Shown here in pieces: positions 13,253 through 27,470 of a DNA stretch of 64,000 nt (positions are counted from its first letter, which is position 1; each line of letters opens with the position of its first letter). A program made the position numbers and the translations under genes. This DNA comes from Eledone cirrhosa (Eukaryota). Below the pieces are notes generated by a model. That model was not told the origin of the DNA. It saw only the letters and a list, made by a program, of their open reading frames with translations, and did not search any database. The stretch covers positions 24,118,001-24,182,000 of the forward strand of contig OZ024746.1 of NCBI GenBank assembly GCA_964016885.1, read 5' to 3'.

Positions 13253-14400
13253 GCAATAATGATGATGGCAATAATATTGATGACAATGATGATGATGATG
13301 GCAATAATATTGATGATGATGATGATGACAATAATGATGATGATGATAATAATTATGATGATGATGACAAGGAGATGACAATAATGATGATGATGATGCT
13401 GACAATGATATCCTGCAATACAGAGTCTTGGTCATTCCATACCAACATGAAACAAAAAAAAAAACACACAAAAACAAGACAACAACAACTAAAAAAACAA
13501 ACACACAAAGAAAAAGAAAACAAAAAACAACAAAACAAACATTAAAATGTAAACCATATTTCTAAATAAATAAATCTAAGTTTCCTAGACACACATTTAA
13601 CAAATTTCCGGAACACATACCATTGTGAGGTATATGTTTACAGTGTTTATTGAAGGGGGAGGAGGAGGTGGGAGGGTTCTGGAAATAATCTGTGGACTGC
13701 AGCTTTGTAAATATGGTGTAATGGTCGCCTTCACACTTGGTTGATTACCAAGTGAAGTGTGAAAGCTTTCCAATGGAATGGATTTGTAAATTTGTTTTCT
13801 GGTTGCTGCTTTTTGTTGTGCTTGTTGCTGTTGTTGCTGTTTTTGATGTGCTTGTTGCTGTTTTTGTTGTTGCTGTTGCTGTTTTTGTTGTGGTTGCTGT
13901 TGTTGCTGTTGTTGTTGCTGCTGTTGTTGCTGCTGTTGTTGTTGTTGTTGTTCTCTTCATCATAGTGATCAAGATTACTATCTGTTTGTTTCTGCCTGAT
14001 TTGTGTATCCAACACCACTGCATTTATAATAGTCTATCATTATAAAATATTACCACCATCACCACCACTATTATAGTCATCACCACTCCCCCCCCCCCCA
14101 CCACACCATCATGGTCATCACCACCACCACCCCACATACACCATCACCACTACCACCACCTACAACACCATGATCACCAGTATCCTCATTATCATCATAT
14201 CCCTGCTATTACCACCACCATCCTTATCACCAACACCATCACTACCAACATCACCACCACAAGTACCATCCTTATTGTCATCCTCATCACCAACATTACT
14301 ACAACCACTACTACCATCACCACCAGTACCACCATCCCCTCCACATTAATCACCACCATCACCATCCTTATCTTCAACATCACCGTCACCAACAACAAAG
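12960..14400. repeat. Trinucleotide-type simple repeats (CAC, GAT, TTG, CAT)
   Basis: Visible tracts at ~12965-13030, 13140-13410, 13800-13950 and 14050-14395. Confidence 0.9.
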
Positions 14401-14744
14401 ATATAATCAATTGCAAGTGATGACAGTAGATGTATGCGTGCATGCATTTGTGCATGTGTGCGTGTCTGCAGCCCTTTCTCTCTCTTTTGTTGTCATATCC
14501 TGGTTGAAATAGCCATAGTGCAGTCCATCATCTATGTTTGAGTGTGTGTATGTTCATGCATGGGTGCATGTGTGAGTTTGTGTTTGCAGCCCTTTCTGTC
14601 TTTTGCTGTTATATCCTGGTTGCAACAGCCATAGCGCAGTCCATCATCTATGTAGCCTAGCATTCTAGAATATCATTTAACTATTTCAACTCAAATCTTT
14701 TCAAAGCTTTCTACCTTAGTTTCCTTATGATCAAGCTTAATAAT

Positions 14745-15100
14745 AATGGTTTCTGATTATAGTACAAGGCCAACAGTTTTCTTTTGGAGGGAAGCTGATT
14801 ACCTCAACCCCAGTGTATTACTGGTTCTTTATTTTATCAACCCCATATAGAAGAAAGGCAAAACTAACCGTAGCAGGATTTAAACTAATAATAATGATAA
14901 TGATGTTATGATTTAGGCACAATAGAAACGATTTTACATGAGGGGAAAGTCGATTAAATATACCCCAATGCATTACTGGGACTTTATTTTATTGACCCCA
15001 TAAGAATGAAGAGCAAAGCTAACCTCTGTGGGATTTGAACTCAAAACATAAAGGGCCGTAACTATATGCTGTAAAGCATGTTATCCGACATTCTATCAAT
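14745..15100 (-). mobile_element. Two degraded SINE family B copies
   Basis: Reverse-complement core TTTATTTTATYRACCCCATA..GAA.GGCAAA..AACC. Confidence 0.65.
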
Positions 15101-16614
15101 GCACAACAACTCTGGTTATTCGCCACTAAAAAGTCACCATAACTAACTAATGGACATAACTCCAGTTATTTTGTTTCCAAGAATTAAAGGAACTTCTGCA
15201 TCAATACTCCTGTTTTCTTACTATTTAGTATTATATTTCAAAGATATTTTGTCTTTGATTCTGAGAAAGAAAAACACAGTTAGTTGCTAACAGAGATGGT
15301 AGTTCTTGGAAATATTTTCATTTGCCTTGAACTCTCTCCAACATGTTATCTCTAGCGCCATTAATGACCCCTCCCCACAACTCCTACATAACAGGTCAAG
15401 TCTATTATTTCCAACAGACCATAGATGTACTGCAAGGTTTGAATTCGATTGTTACTTCCCATTTTATCTACTTCAATGCTTCCTGGTACACCACGCTTTT
15501 TGGTTTCCTAAGAAAGGCCTTCTTTAAGCATTTCATGCAAGGTTGTTTGTTATTTGCCAACTAATTCTCTTGCAAGTTACTGCAGACGAAACATATTATC
15601 CAAAACTCCATTTTATATTATCCTAACCAATGGAAGCAAGTATGGCTGAGTGGTTTAGAAATTTGTATCGCAATTTTGACAGAGGTTTGATTCCACTGTG
15701 TGGCAACTTAGACAAATGTTATCTACCATAACCTCAGGTTGACTCCAAAATTTTTGAGCGAAAAAGAATTCATTTTAGAGCCTGCCACATGAACTGTATA
15801 TGTAATTCAAATGACTTAAGAATATTGTGGACACAGGTATGGATTAGTGGTCAAGAAGTTTCCATCTCAATCAAGAGGTCTTAGGTTCAATGTTATTGGA
15901 TAGTGTCTTCAGCAAGTGTATCTTACTATAGTCTTGGGTCAACCCAAGCCTTGAAAGTGAAATTAGGTAGATAGAAACTGGAAGCCTGATTGATGGACTG
16001 TATCTGTAATTCAAAGAGTCAGCCTTGTAACATATTGTGTCCTGCTGATTAAGCTTGGGAATTAAGTATATCTGTATGAGGAATACCCAGCCACTCACAA
16101 TACATATTGAAAAGTATAAAAACAGAACCATGACTACAACCCATTAAAAATTGAAATCTTCAATACTGCAAATTTTCACATGAATCTGTCGACTAGTAAA
16201 GATGCTATAAACATTTGAAATAACATCCCCATTCTCCTAAATCATTACATGATGTTCATCATATTTTTATATTGTTTTCAATATAACAATTGACATTTTA
16301 AAGAGAAAATTTGTAAAAAAAAGCTCATATTAAACAAACAACATATGCATACCTTGCTTTGTTCTAATGGAAATTGCATCTATAAATATCTGTTACTTTG
16401 AAATAACTTGTCACGAGAAAAATATATTACCTGGAAAAAAGAAAAGATAAATTGTTAGGTAATATTTATTAAATATACATTCATAAATATGTAAAAATAC
16501 CAGTCGTTAACAGGTATGTTTATTATAAAACTTTATAAAACTTTGTAAATGGGAAAGTAAAATATATTTACAATATTAGTCTTTCCTCAATTAACATTAT
16601 GATGATGATAAGGG

Positions 16615-16935
16615 TCTCAGATTTAGGCATATGGCCAACAATTTTAGGGCAGGGGAAAGTCGAAGAAATCAACCCCAGTATGTTACTGGTGCTTTATTTT
16701 ATTGATCCCATAAGGATGAAAGGTAAAGCTAACTTCAGCGGGATTTGAACTCAGAACATAAAGGGCCATAACTATATGCCGCAATGCATATTGTCCAACA
16801 CTCAACTACTAATAATAATAATGATTTCTACTATAGGCACAAGGCCAGCAATTTGGGGGAGAGGAGAAAGTCTATTAAATCAACCCAGTGCATTACTGGT
16901 GCTTCATTTTATCAACCCTGTAAGAATGAAAGTCT
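16615..16935 (-). mobile_element. Two SINE family B copies
   Basis: Same core and GGCACAAGGCCAGCAATT end as other copies. Confidence 0.7.
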
Positions 16936-17163
16936 ACCTCGTAGAAGCCTTTTCTGTATTAAATCTTCATTATATATATATACATACATATATATTACTT
17001 GTTATCCAGGAAAACAGAAAATAAACAATATTGATAATGATATATATATATATATATACATATATATATTTATTAAAATAACAGATTAAAGTTTAAGCAA
17101 AGAATCGCTGCTTTCACCCTTAACGGGATCTCTTTGGATTTTCGTCTTCAAATTTATTATTAT

Positions 17164-17207
<44 letters not shown>

Positions 17208-17271
17208 AATACAAAGACCAAAATTTCACCCTAAAGGGGGATCTTCTGGAACTGTTTGCTTAAACTTTTAA

Positions 17272-17410
<139 letters not shown>

Positions 17411-17761
17411 GTCTGTCTGTATACATATCTTCACATACAAAATACTTAAGTCAGTAAATCTCTACCATACTGAAAAGAATGGGTTGGCAGCAGGAATGGC
17501 ATCCAGCTGTAGAAATTTGCCATGTATAAAAAAAAAAATTGCATATGTATATATATCATAATGTAATTGTTGTGAAACATATGCTGGTATGTGTTTTACA
17601 GGTTGCGAACATTATATCTCATACTAAACTCTATATGTATACTAGAGTGAGATGATTTATTTTATATCAATAAGTGGCAGTTACTAGCAATACAAATTTT
17701 ACCAAGGGAATGAAACATTTATTATCAGCTATTAGGTAAAACTTTTATTGGAAGTAACTGA

Positions 17762-17802
<41 letters not shown>

Positions 17803-18117
17803 GTAAAAATAAATGGAAACAAAAAAAATGATACAGTACAAAGAAGAAATATATTAGTTAAATGCTTGATATAGTAGGATATATATCTATATAAAACACG
17901 AGTGAAGACAACAGAAAAGCAGATAAAGTACAGGGCAATCCCTTCTTAACACTCAACCTCAGGAGGTCCTTGTGATTTCAGTGCATTAGACCTCCAGAGG
18001 TCAACTGATAAAATATCCTATGTTTTGTCCGTTTTTTCTGTTGTCTTTGCCCACCTTTTTCTGAATTAATTTGATAAGATCAGAGCTGCATATGACATTC
18101 TTTCAAATTGATATGTT

Positions 18118-18290
18118 TATATTAGAGAGTCAAGGCCCAATGGCTGAGTTCTTGCTGTTTTGTTGAAATGGTAAGAGCTCAGCCTTCAGGCCCTGACTCA
18201 CTAATATATTTACACTCTACTATCCCAAGTATTGAGTACTCTGCTGAATAATGGTCTTACTAGTTTAAAACTGGTAAAACCCTGATATAT
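18118..18290 (+). mobile_element. Short hairpin element of the pLTR-like group, homologous to 36323-36473
   Basis: Imperfect palindrome 18118-18207, then ACTCTACTATCCCAAGTATTGAGTAC. Confidence 0.55.
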
Positions 18291-18607
18291 CTCTATATAT
18301 AACATTTAATGTCGATTTTTCCCCACGTTAGGAAGGGTGGTCATACTCCCAGCCATCATGCGTGAGTTTATGCAGTCATTAAAAGAAAATCATTATTAAA
18401 ATCTTGTTTAATCATATTGTAAAGTTTTTAAAGAATTGAGTACTGTTTCACCCCAAGAAGACATATTTGATTGTTACCTAGCAACAGCAATCAAATTCTC
18501 AACAAGGAATATAACAAATATTAAACAAAAATTCAATATTATGTCTACTCACAATGACAGATAGGCAGGCAGGCAGATAGGCAGACAGTGAGAGATTAAT
18601 GATAAAG

Positions 18608-18638
<31 letters not shown>

Positions 18639-18771
18639 AGTATATAGAAGAGAGATGGGGGACGAGGCGGAAGAAATATAGAAAGAGGAGAGAGAGATTA
18701 AAGATAAGGATAGAGATAGAAAAACAGAGCAACAGAGATAGACATATATACATTTACACAAACACACACAC

Positions 18772-18981
<210 letters not shown>

Positions 18982-19020
18982 GTATATATATATATATATA
19001 TGCATATATATGATAGATAT

Positions 19021-19348
19021 ATTTCTTTATTAGCCACAGGGGCACAAAAGAAGGGGACAAATACAAAGGGGGAAGTTTACATACAATAAAAACGTGTAAA
19101 ATGTTATCACAGATGGAATTTAAAAGTTAGTCGATTTTCCCCAATAGAGGGAGACAGTTTATATGGGTAACACATACCCCCGAAAAAAATGTGCAACCCT
19201 CATCTCCAGGAGTACGAAGAGCTTGTACTCCTTTCCTCTCCTCCTCCTTTTCCTCAATCTACAGGCTGATATAGAGAGAAGGCCCATTCACTCAGGCCAT
19301 TCTCGCCACTTTCACCCACCTTTCATAAAACTTGCTGGGGTACAGCAC
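19021..19348 (-). mobile_element. 5'-truncated copy of the Tx1-like LINE
   Basis: Highly similar to 21577-21870; GATA repeats at both junctions. Confidence 0.9.
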
Positions 19349-19719
19349 GATAGATAGATAGATAAAGATGAATGGATAGACAGACAGTTAGATCGACATA
19401 GGGATGGATAGATGTTGTATTGTTACATCAGAGTAACCCTAAACCATGGCAGGCAAGGAAGTAGAGGTGTATGGGGGTATAGAGATGTTGGGAGATAGAG
19501 GTGTGGGGGAGACGTTGGGGGGGGGGGGGTGAGATGTAGGGGTAGTGGTAGGGGTGGTTTGATAGATTAGAAAGAATTCTCTCAATTAAAATCCAAAAAC
19601 ATGTATTCAACAAAGGAATCAATAAAAATTGATAACAAATAATATTGGTAAATGACTGCAAGTAGAGAATTGATAGGAGATCACTGGCAGAAGATTTTAC
19701 AACAATTTCAAGAAATAAT

Positions 19720-19902
19720 TGTTTCTACTTTTGGCACAAGGCCATCAATTATCCAGTACATTACTGGTACTTTATTTTATCGACCCCGTAAGGATGAAAG
19801 GCAAAGTTAACCTCGGCGGGATTTGAACTCACACTGTAAAGGGAGGACGTAACTATGCTGGAAAGCATGGCGTCCGACTCTGCTTTCCAGCATAGTTACG
19901 TC
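19720..19902 (-). mobile_element. SINE family B copy with 5' inverted duplication and 17-bp TSD
   Basis: TSD CAATTTCAAGAAATAAT at 19703-19719 and 19903-19919. Confidence 0.85.
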
Positions 19903-19999
19903 CAATTTCAAGAAATAATGAAGAAGAATTCAATTGAAGAATATGGTTAACCATAGCAATATGGTTGAATACTTAGTAATGTAATTTCCTCACTGACAC

Positions 20000-21576
<1,577 letters not shown>

Positions 21577-21799
21577 GGTTTCTTTATTAGCCACAGGGGC
21601 ACAAAAAAAGGGGACAAATACAAAGGGGGAAGTTTACACACAATAAAAACGTGTAAAATATTATCACAAATGCAATTTAAAAATTAGTCGATTTTCCCCA
21701 ATAGGGGGAGACAGTTCATATAGGTAACACACCCCCGAAAAAAATGTGCAACCCTCATCTCCAGGAGTACGAAGAGTTTGTACTCCTTTCCTCTCCTCC

Positions 21800-24700
21800 T
21801 CCTTTTCCTCAACCTGGCCATTCTCGCCACTTTTACCCACCTTTCATAAAACTTGCTGGGGTACAGCACCTCTCTCTCCATCCTGATTCTTCTTCCAAAG
21901 TGGTATTTGAAAAAAAGAATCAGTTGTTGGCCGGAGAGAAAGGTGTCTGACCTCAGCCCTTTCAACCTTGTCCACCATACAACCTCTTTCGCCATAGCTA
22001 TCACACAAAGGAAAACCGCCTCTCCTTCGTTTTTGAAGGAGGGTGGCGGTTTGATCATGATAATGGACTCGGTGGTCAACCGGATTGGTCCCACCCGCGA
22101 CAATAGTCGTTCTACATAGCCTCACAGGTCGGTGACGCCCAGGCGTGTATGAATGCGTGCACGACGGTTTCTTCGTCTCGCATGCACCTCGGACAGATTT
22201 TTTTTGCAGGGCCCCTGCCCGGGCGCCCATGTCTGTAGAGCTTGTCTCGAACTGGTAGAGCTCCTCGGTAACACTGCCAGGCCAGGGACGTTTGGAAGTT
22301 GTCCATCGGTCCCGGGCGGAAGGTCTACCGAACAGACTGGCCAGAAACTCTACACCTATAGTTTCACCGAGCACGTCGTCGCACTTGCTGCGGATCAACC
22401 CTCTATAGAATGACGAAGTGGAGTCTCCACTGATCGCCGGGTCCGCCTGCCAGAGGGCTGTGAGCGCCTGAGCACATTCGATGTGCCAGTCGCCCATTTT
22501 CCTCGGTCTTTGCTTGACCCAGGACTGCAGCTCAGTCAGCGAGACGAGTCGTGGGAAGGCTCGCCTCACGAACGGGGCCCACACCGGTTGTCCGGTGAGG
22601 AATACGTAGAGATGCTGCAGCCTGAGCGCGTGTTTGCGCATCGTCAGCCACGGCATCCCCAGCCCTCCGTTGGAAGGGTGTTGGCAGCAGATGGTTCTTC
22701 TCACCAAAGGAGCCTGCCTCTTCCAAAGGAATTGGAAAAGCGCGTGCTCCATTTTGGCAAGCGTTTTGGCTGGACTAGGCACGATGGTCAAGCGGTAGTA
22801 GATGGCGGACGCTATGAAAGTGTTCGCCACCTCCGCTCGACCTTTCAAGGATAGTTTGTACTCGGCCCACTTCTGGGTGAGTGCAAACACCTTGGCCGAC
22901 ACCTCGTTCCAGTTCTTCTCCACCGGACCAAACCAGACCCTGAGCAGCTTTACTGGTCCTTGCGTCCAGCGTCCGACGACGCCATCAGGAGGCATCAATT
23001 TGCCTCTCCACGATCCGAGTTGCAAACCGATGGACTTGTCTCGGTTCAGCTTCGCTCCTGTGAACCTTTCGTATTCCTTCAGTAAGGTGCCGACTTCCTC
23101 GATTTGCGAGGCGCTCGACACCATTACTGTCACGTCGTCAACGTAGGCCGACGCTGCTTTCCGCAGTCCCGGTTCCAGAGGGATGCCCTGCAATAGCTCC
23201 AACTTCCGTAGTAGTGGCTTGAGAGTCAGTACGTACAGAAGGGGGGGAGAGAGGGCATCCCCGTCGAATGGATCGCGTGATATGGAACAGCTCTGAGAGG
23301 TAGCCGTTCACCTTAACCCTTGAGCAGATGTTGCTGTTGTGCATTGCAGCAATCCAGCCCCTGAACACGGGTCCGAAGCCTGCCGCCTCGAGCACCGCAT
23401 CCAGGTAACGATGGTCAACCCTATCGAAAGCCTTAGACTGATCCAAGTTGATCAGGACCCACAGAAGCCGGGTTTACACCCTACCCTCTCTATGATGTAT
23501 CGCATGAGGTGGAGGTTGTTGTGTATGGACCTGGTCGGGATTGCGCATGACTGCGCTTCTCCCACCAGGTTCTCGACGACAAGCGCCAGCCTCTTTGCCA
23601 ACACCTTGGCCAAAATCTGTAACTCTGTGTTTAGCAGAGTTATGGGCCAGAAGTTGCCTATGTCATCCCCCTTATTCTCGTCCTTCCTGACTAGTGTGAC
23701 TATGCCCCCGGTCACAGAACTGGGAATTCTCCCGTTCTGTTGCCAGTTGCAGTAGACCGCTTTCAGGAAACCAGAGAATAAGTCCGGCATTGCTACGTAA
23801 AATTCGTAGGGTAGACCGTCGAGACCTGGAGATTTGCATTTGCCGCATTGGCTCAGCGCGTCCCCTATCTCAGCGGCTGAAATCGGCTTTTCGCAGAACT
23901 TCGCCTCGCTGTCCGAGAGTCGCAGTAGGCCGTCGAGGTATGGACCGAAATCCATAGCCCCTCCCGGCACGGCCCCCTGCCTGAACAGTTGAGCAAAGTG
24001 CCGCTGAAAGGCCGCACACATCTGCTTCGGCTCACGTATCACGCGTTCGTTTCCCAGAGCACGTATTTAGCTTCTGACAACGCAGCCCTCATGCTTTGCG
24101 TCGAAGAACTGGTCCAAGGCTGTTCTCGTTGCTAGCACGCTGGCTACGTTACCACTTCTAATTGCCTCTTCTACTTTATCTACCAGTTCCTTCTTAGTTC
24201 TATTTCTATCTAATGCTAATTCTTTACTAAAAACTAACGAGTCTAATCTAACTGCCCTCTTGAGAGAGCACCACCATCTGTTGTTGACAATGGCCCCTGT
24301 CAAGTGCTGTTTAACTAAAGTGCTAATCCGTCTACTGTAGGCTTTGCATGTCGGTAACGACAAGTTCAGCTTCCAGTAGCCGGGTCCTTGTCTATGGGTT
24401 CTATCAAGGTTGACCATGCAGGTCACTTAGTTTGTGATCTGAATAGGTAACCATGAACATTTGTGGACAGCTTAACATGTCCCTATCCTTATTTCTAACT
24501 AGAACCCTATCTAGGTACGATCTAGATGTTCCGCTGCGATTAGTCCACGTCCACAGTGGCACAGTCGGAAAATCTAGTCGATATCTATCGGCCAGGTCAA
24601 ATCGGCCGATTAACTTTTTGAGGCTGTTACACCCCCCTTTATCGGGACATGCTCCCACATAGTCCCAACGTGCATCTAGGATTCCATTCCAGTCCCCCAC

Positions 24701-25112
24701 TAAAAGCAAGGAGCGGGACGTTCCCAGAAATGTCTCTAGACGTTTGAAGAAGTCTGGCTGCAGTGTCCCGGATGGGGTATATGCGGCCACCAGCCTAAAG
24801 GCTCCACCTTCACTATCGTCAACGTCTAGGACCACCAGTCGACCCTCCGGTCCAGATGTACCGTCTGTGTTACGAGGCCCAGGTGTTTCTGCAGCAAAAC
24901 GGCAACCCCGCCCCCACCCCCCAACCGACAGAGAGATGCGTAGATCTCAAAGTCATTGAAGATGGGGTCAGCTGTCGCTCGCTGTGGATCCTGGACTCGC
25001 AAATGGCTACTACATCCATACTGTGCGACCTGAGGTCGTTTAAGAGTTTGCCCTGTTTCTAGGGCATCCCCAGGCCGCGTACATTCACACATCCAACTCT
25101 TATATTGGCCAT
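21800..25112 (-). pseudogene. Tx1-like ORF2 (AP endonuclease and reverse transcriptase), multiple frameshifts
   Basis: MANIRVGCVNVRGL; VGDWN; SYLDRVLV; YSDHKL; GPGYWKLN; KSPGLDGLPYEFY; DQSKAFDRVDH; RRGCPLSP; AYVDDVT; GGLG; CPRC..EETVVHAF. Confidence 0.92.
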
Positions 25113-25149
25113 GTTGGTTCTGAAAAGTTAAAAAAGGAGAAGAAAACAC

Positions 25150-26840
25150 TCACCTCTTCGTCTCCCGGGGACCAGGCCGCACGGTTTCCATGGGAGTGTT
25201 AGAGGGGTTGTCTGGGTGGGTGGTGGATTCCGGCGGGGTGGGGACGGAGATGTTTGGTGGGGTGGGGGTGTCTGGGGTGAGGGTGGGGAAACTTTTTAAA
25301 AGGACGCGGTTAATGGGTTTAACACAAGGATTACCCACGTCCTTAGGAAAGTTTTCCTTTAAAGACTTATAGGTGTCCGTAGGGACCCTAATCATCTTTA
25401 AATTAGGTTTGTCTACACAGTTCGAAAAAGTTTTCCCTTCGGTTTTCACCGAAGCGTCGTTGGAGATGACCTCCATTAAAGTTTTGTTTTTACTGTTTAT
25501 GCATGTGTAATGTTCTTGTTGTGTTGCGGTGGTTTTTGTCTGTTGTTCTTGTGGGAGCTTTCGTTTTGTTGTAGGTGTTTGTGTTTGGAGTGATGTCGTG
25601 GTTTGTTTTCGGGACGGGGGGTTTTTGTTTGTGTTGGTGGTTGTATGTTTGTAGTGATGTTTGTTGTTTTTTTTGTTCTTGTGGTGTCTTTTCTTCTTTC
25701 TTTTCGAACGGAGAGGCTCTCCCTCATCATCACTTGGTGATGATGTGGGGGCCTCGTCCGTTGTGGTGTCTGTGTTATTTGGAAGGCGTGTTTTGGGGAG
25801 CTGTTGTGTTTGTGGGTGTTTTTTGCAGTGGTTTTAGGTGGAGTGGGGTTGGGTGGGACTGTGCTTGCAGGTTGGTTTGTTGTTCTTGCTTTGGTTGTGT
25901 TTGCGTGTTGTCGTTGTGGTGGTGGTGGTGGTGGTGGTGGTTGTGTTGTTGTTTTGGGTGTTGGCAGTAGTGGCTCTTTTTTTTTTTAGTTAACTGAGGA
26001 CAGTAAGCCTTTAGGTGACCACTGCTTAAACAGTGGTAACATGAAGGCTGCCTACCCTCAACAGAAATGTTTATGTGTGAAATTCCATCCAGAGGCACAC
26101 GTTGGGGTATTTTAGCTATCCGTTCTGACCTCATTTGGACCAGAACTTCCATGCTTGTACCATTGAATGTGCCTCTGGAGGACTTTCCCACCGAAATGAT
26201 GGTGTCTTCGTCGAAATCGATGAAGCCAGTTAGAATCCATCAGACGTTTACATTTGGTGCAATGTTCGAAATTTTTATTTTTTGTGTTCTTTTTCCCATA
26301 CATGTGGGGAAAAAGGTGTAAAGGCGGGACACAATCGACGATACAGAATATGTTTGTGCTGTCAATTGGTCTTTCAACAACACCGAAATGCTTCCAAAAA
26401 GTTTCCCTTTTTGGATGAAGGCAATATCCTTCATGGAATTCTTCAGAACCAGTTCAATATCGTTTTGGGATAATTGAACTGGTTTTTTCGACACATTTGA
26501 AACCGTCCTAAAAATTACTGTTTTTAGAACAGTTTCTCTGCGTAACTGTTGAGGAGAAGTGATGCTGAAAGCACCACTCTCACCAAAAGTTACGTACTGT
26601 TTTGCATCGCTTAACATTTCCCTAGCCTTGGAAATGTCAAGGTGTGAACAGTTCAGGGGAACTTCGAACGGTTTGAGCAAAAAAAATCTTTTCCTTGTTC
26701 GTGTTGCTGTTGTTGTTGGTGGTGTTGTTGTTGTTGTTCTTGTTGTCATTATTGTTGTTGTTGTTCTGGTTGGTGTTGTTTATATTTTGCATGTTATTGG
26801 TGTTTGTGTTAGTGTTGATGTTACAATCAACGTCCGACAT
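25150..26840 (-). pseudogene. Tx1-like ORF1 (zinc knuckle), frameshifted
   Basis: Fragments 26637-26840, 26240-26749, 25775-26191 (CYHCLSSGHLKAYC) and 25150-25476 lie upstream of ORF2. Confidence 0.8.
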
Positions 26841-27185
26841 CGCATTTTCAAAACTGACGACATTTCGATGTCTTTCAATGAGGTGGTAAGAGGAGGTGGG
26901 TGCGAGCTTAACACTCTTACCGCCTCTCCACCACTTCTAGTTAGGAACGCAGCGTTCATGACTGAATGCAAGGTTTGTTTACACTTTTTTTTTCACCGGC
27001 GAAATTTTTTTCCAAACGAAAATTTCACCCCAAGGAGGGGTGAAGACGACTTGACCCACCGTCTGAAAGTCCAGACGTGGGGTCAAGCTATAAAATAGTA
27101 ATAAATTTAACAATAAATTTTTGATTTCTTACTTAGAAAATCAACAAAAACTTACCAGCGAACTGGCACACGTCTCAAGTAAAAC

Positions 27186-27218
<33 letters not shown>

Positions 27219-27270
27219 TGGAGAGAGAGAGAGAGAGAGAGAGAAATGGATCGATAGATAGATAGATATC

Positions 27271-27470
27271 TTTCTTTATTTGCCACAGGGACGTACAAAA
27301 ATGGGACATTACAAAACGTGACGGCAGGGGTTTTACATAAAAATAACTTTAACATTAATAAATAACAATAAACTATATATAATAAAATAACAATTGAAAT
27401 CCCCAATACGTTACTGCAGGGTTGTTTTACACCCCGTGGATAGAACCCTCAACACCAGGAACACGTTTTG
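27271..27470 (-). mobile_element. 3' fragment of a related Tx1-like family
   Basis: TTTCTTTATTTGCCACAGGG..ACAAAA..GGGACA terminus resembles the main element; abuts (GATA)n. Confidence 0.65.

Larger units (their letters stand above)
21577..27186 (-). mobile_element. Near full-length L1/Tx1-clade non-LTR retrotransposon (~5.6 kb), inactivated
   Basis: 5' UTR, ORF1 with CCHC knuckle, ORF2 with APE, RT and C-terminal Cys motif, 3' UTR with AATAAA; GATA repeats at both ends. Confidence 0.93.
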
